DNA of 16,726 bases from Candidatus Iainarchaeum sp. GTDB taxonomy: Archaea; Iainarchaeota; Iainarchaeia; Iainarchaeales; JAFCCJ01. The DNA is taken from NCBI GenBank assembly GCA_043816965.1, contig JBDRHK010000071.1, positions 1 through 16,726 of the forward strand, given 5' to 3'. Numbering within the stretch: position 1 is the first letter of the stretch; every line of letters starts with the position of its first letter. The notes beneath the pieces are model-generated. The model worked only from the letters and a program-made list of their open reading frames with translations, searched no databases and was not told where the DNA came from. Positions 16,376-16,726 of the stretch are shown piece after piece. Position numbers and translations under genes: made by a program.

Positions 16376-16418
16376 TTCACCTCCAAACCCCCGTGGGGGA
16401 AATTGGTCATCGGTTGAA
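16376..16418 (-). promoter_or_regulatory. Kink-turn hairpin in the rpl7ae 5' UTR covering the SD (L7Ae autoregulatory element)
   Basis: mRNA 5'-UUC A ACC GAU GA CCAA UUU CCCC CACG GGGG UUUG GA GGU GAA-3': C-stem ACC/GGU plus UUC/GAA, 3-nt bulge GAU, tandem G.A/A.G pairs, C-G at 3b/3n, apical CCCC-CACG-GGGG hairpin. Confidence 0.75.
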
Positions 16419-16464
16419 AAAATGAGACCAAATTTATTTACTATAAAAATTATGCCCTAAGAAG

Positions 16465-16480
16465 GTTTAAAAATGCTTTT
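16465..16480 (-). promoter_or_regulatory. Putative BRE-TATA promoter of the rpl7ae superoperon
   Basis: Minus strand AAAAGCA-TTTTTAAAC; implies a transcription start near 16440, which places the k-turn in the 5' UTR. Confidence 0.55.
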
Positions 16481-16513
16481 AGTGGGTTAGAATGGGCTTA
16501 AAAGCGGCAATTC

Positions 16514-16726
16514 CTATTTATGCGCAAAAACCAGGTGCATCCTTTTCTCATCCACTTTATCAACGCGCGCATAACCAAATTTATCCAAATAAGCAATATC
16601 TCCCTCTTCCAGCCCGTTCGCATCTGAAATCCCAAATGCCTTGGTCCCATCAGCCATTAAAACCTCAATATCAGTTCCTTCCAAAACCCACTGCACAATC
16701 GGCCTGTTCACCATCGCATCTCCAGT
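16514..16726 (-). CDS. gltX: Glutamate--tRNA ligase, C-terminal end (partial)
   Basis: IVQWV...EVLMADG...G....EGDIAYLDKFGYARVD...FAHK resembles the archaeal GluRS C-terminus (QFERFGFVRxD...FxHK); the frame is open to the window edge. Confidence 0.8.
   Translation of the reverse strand, partial: TGDAMVNRPIVQWVLEGTDIEVLMADGTKAFGISDANGLEEGDIAYLDKFGYARVDKVDEKRMHLVFAHK

Noticed and set aside
16370..16513. tRNA or C/D box sRNA in the gltX-rpl7ae spacer
   Set aside because: No cloverleaf and no complete RUGAUGA/CUGA pair; the GAUGA element is better explained as the 5' UTR k-turn.

Overview
Archaeal genomic window. A DPANN-type lineage, possibly Diapherotrites/Iainarchaeota-like, is inferred from gene content, GGTGA-type Shine-Dalgarno motifs and BRE/TATA promoters, but taxonomy cannot be proven here. 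There are three blocks. (1) A minus-strand chaperone operon, grpE-[free-standing LAGLIDADG endonuclease]-dnaK-dnaJ, with dnaJ running off the left edge. (2) A divergent plus-strand block: winged-HTH regulator, membrane HEXXH metalloprotease, two unknown membrane proteins and a bacterial-type alanine dehydrogenase. (3) A long minus-strand archaeal information-processing superoperon, rpl7ae-rps28e-rpl24e-ndk-dut-infB-rps6e-eif2g-PIN-rpoE1-spt4-rps24e-rps27ae-CAAX protease-tsaC-kae1, preceded by the 3' end of gltX. The most notable signals are an AT-rich, intact HTH+LAGLIDADG gene wedged between grpE and dnaK with matching AGTGAT junctions, a cluster of five GTTTAAAC-like boxes over the divergent grpE/regulator promoters (candidate heat-shock operator), and a k-turn in the rpl7ae 5' UTR that sequesters its ribosome-binding site.
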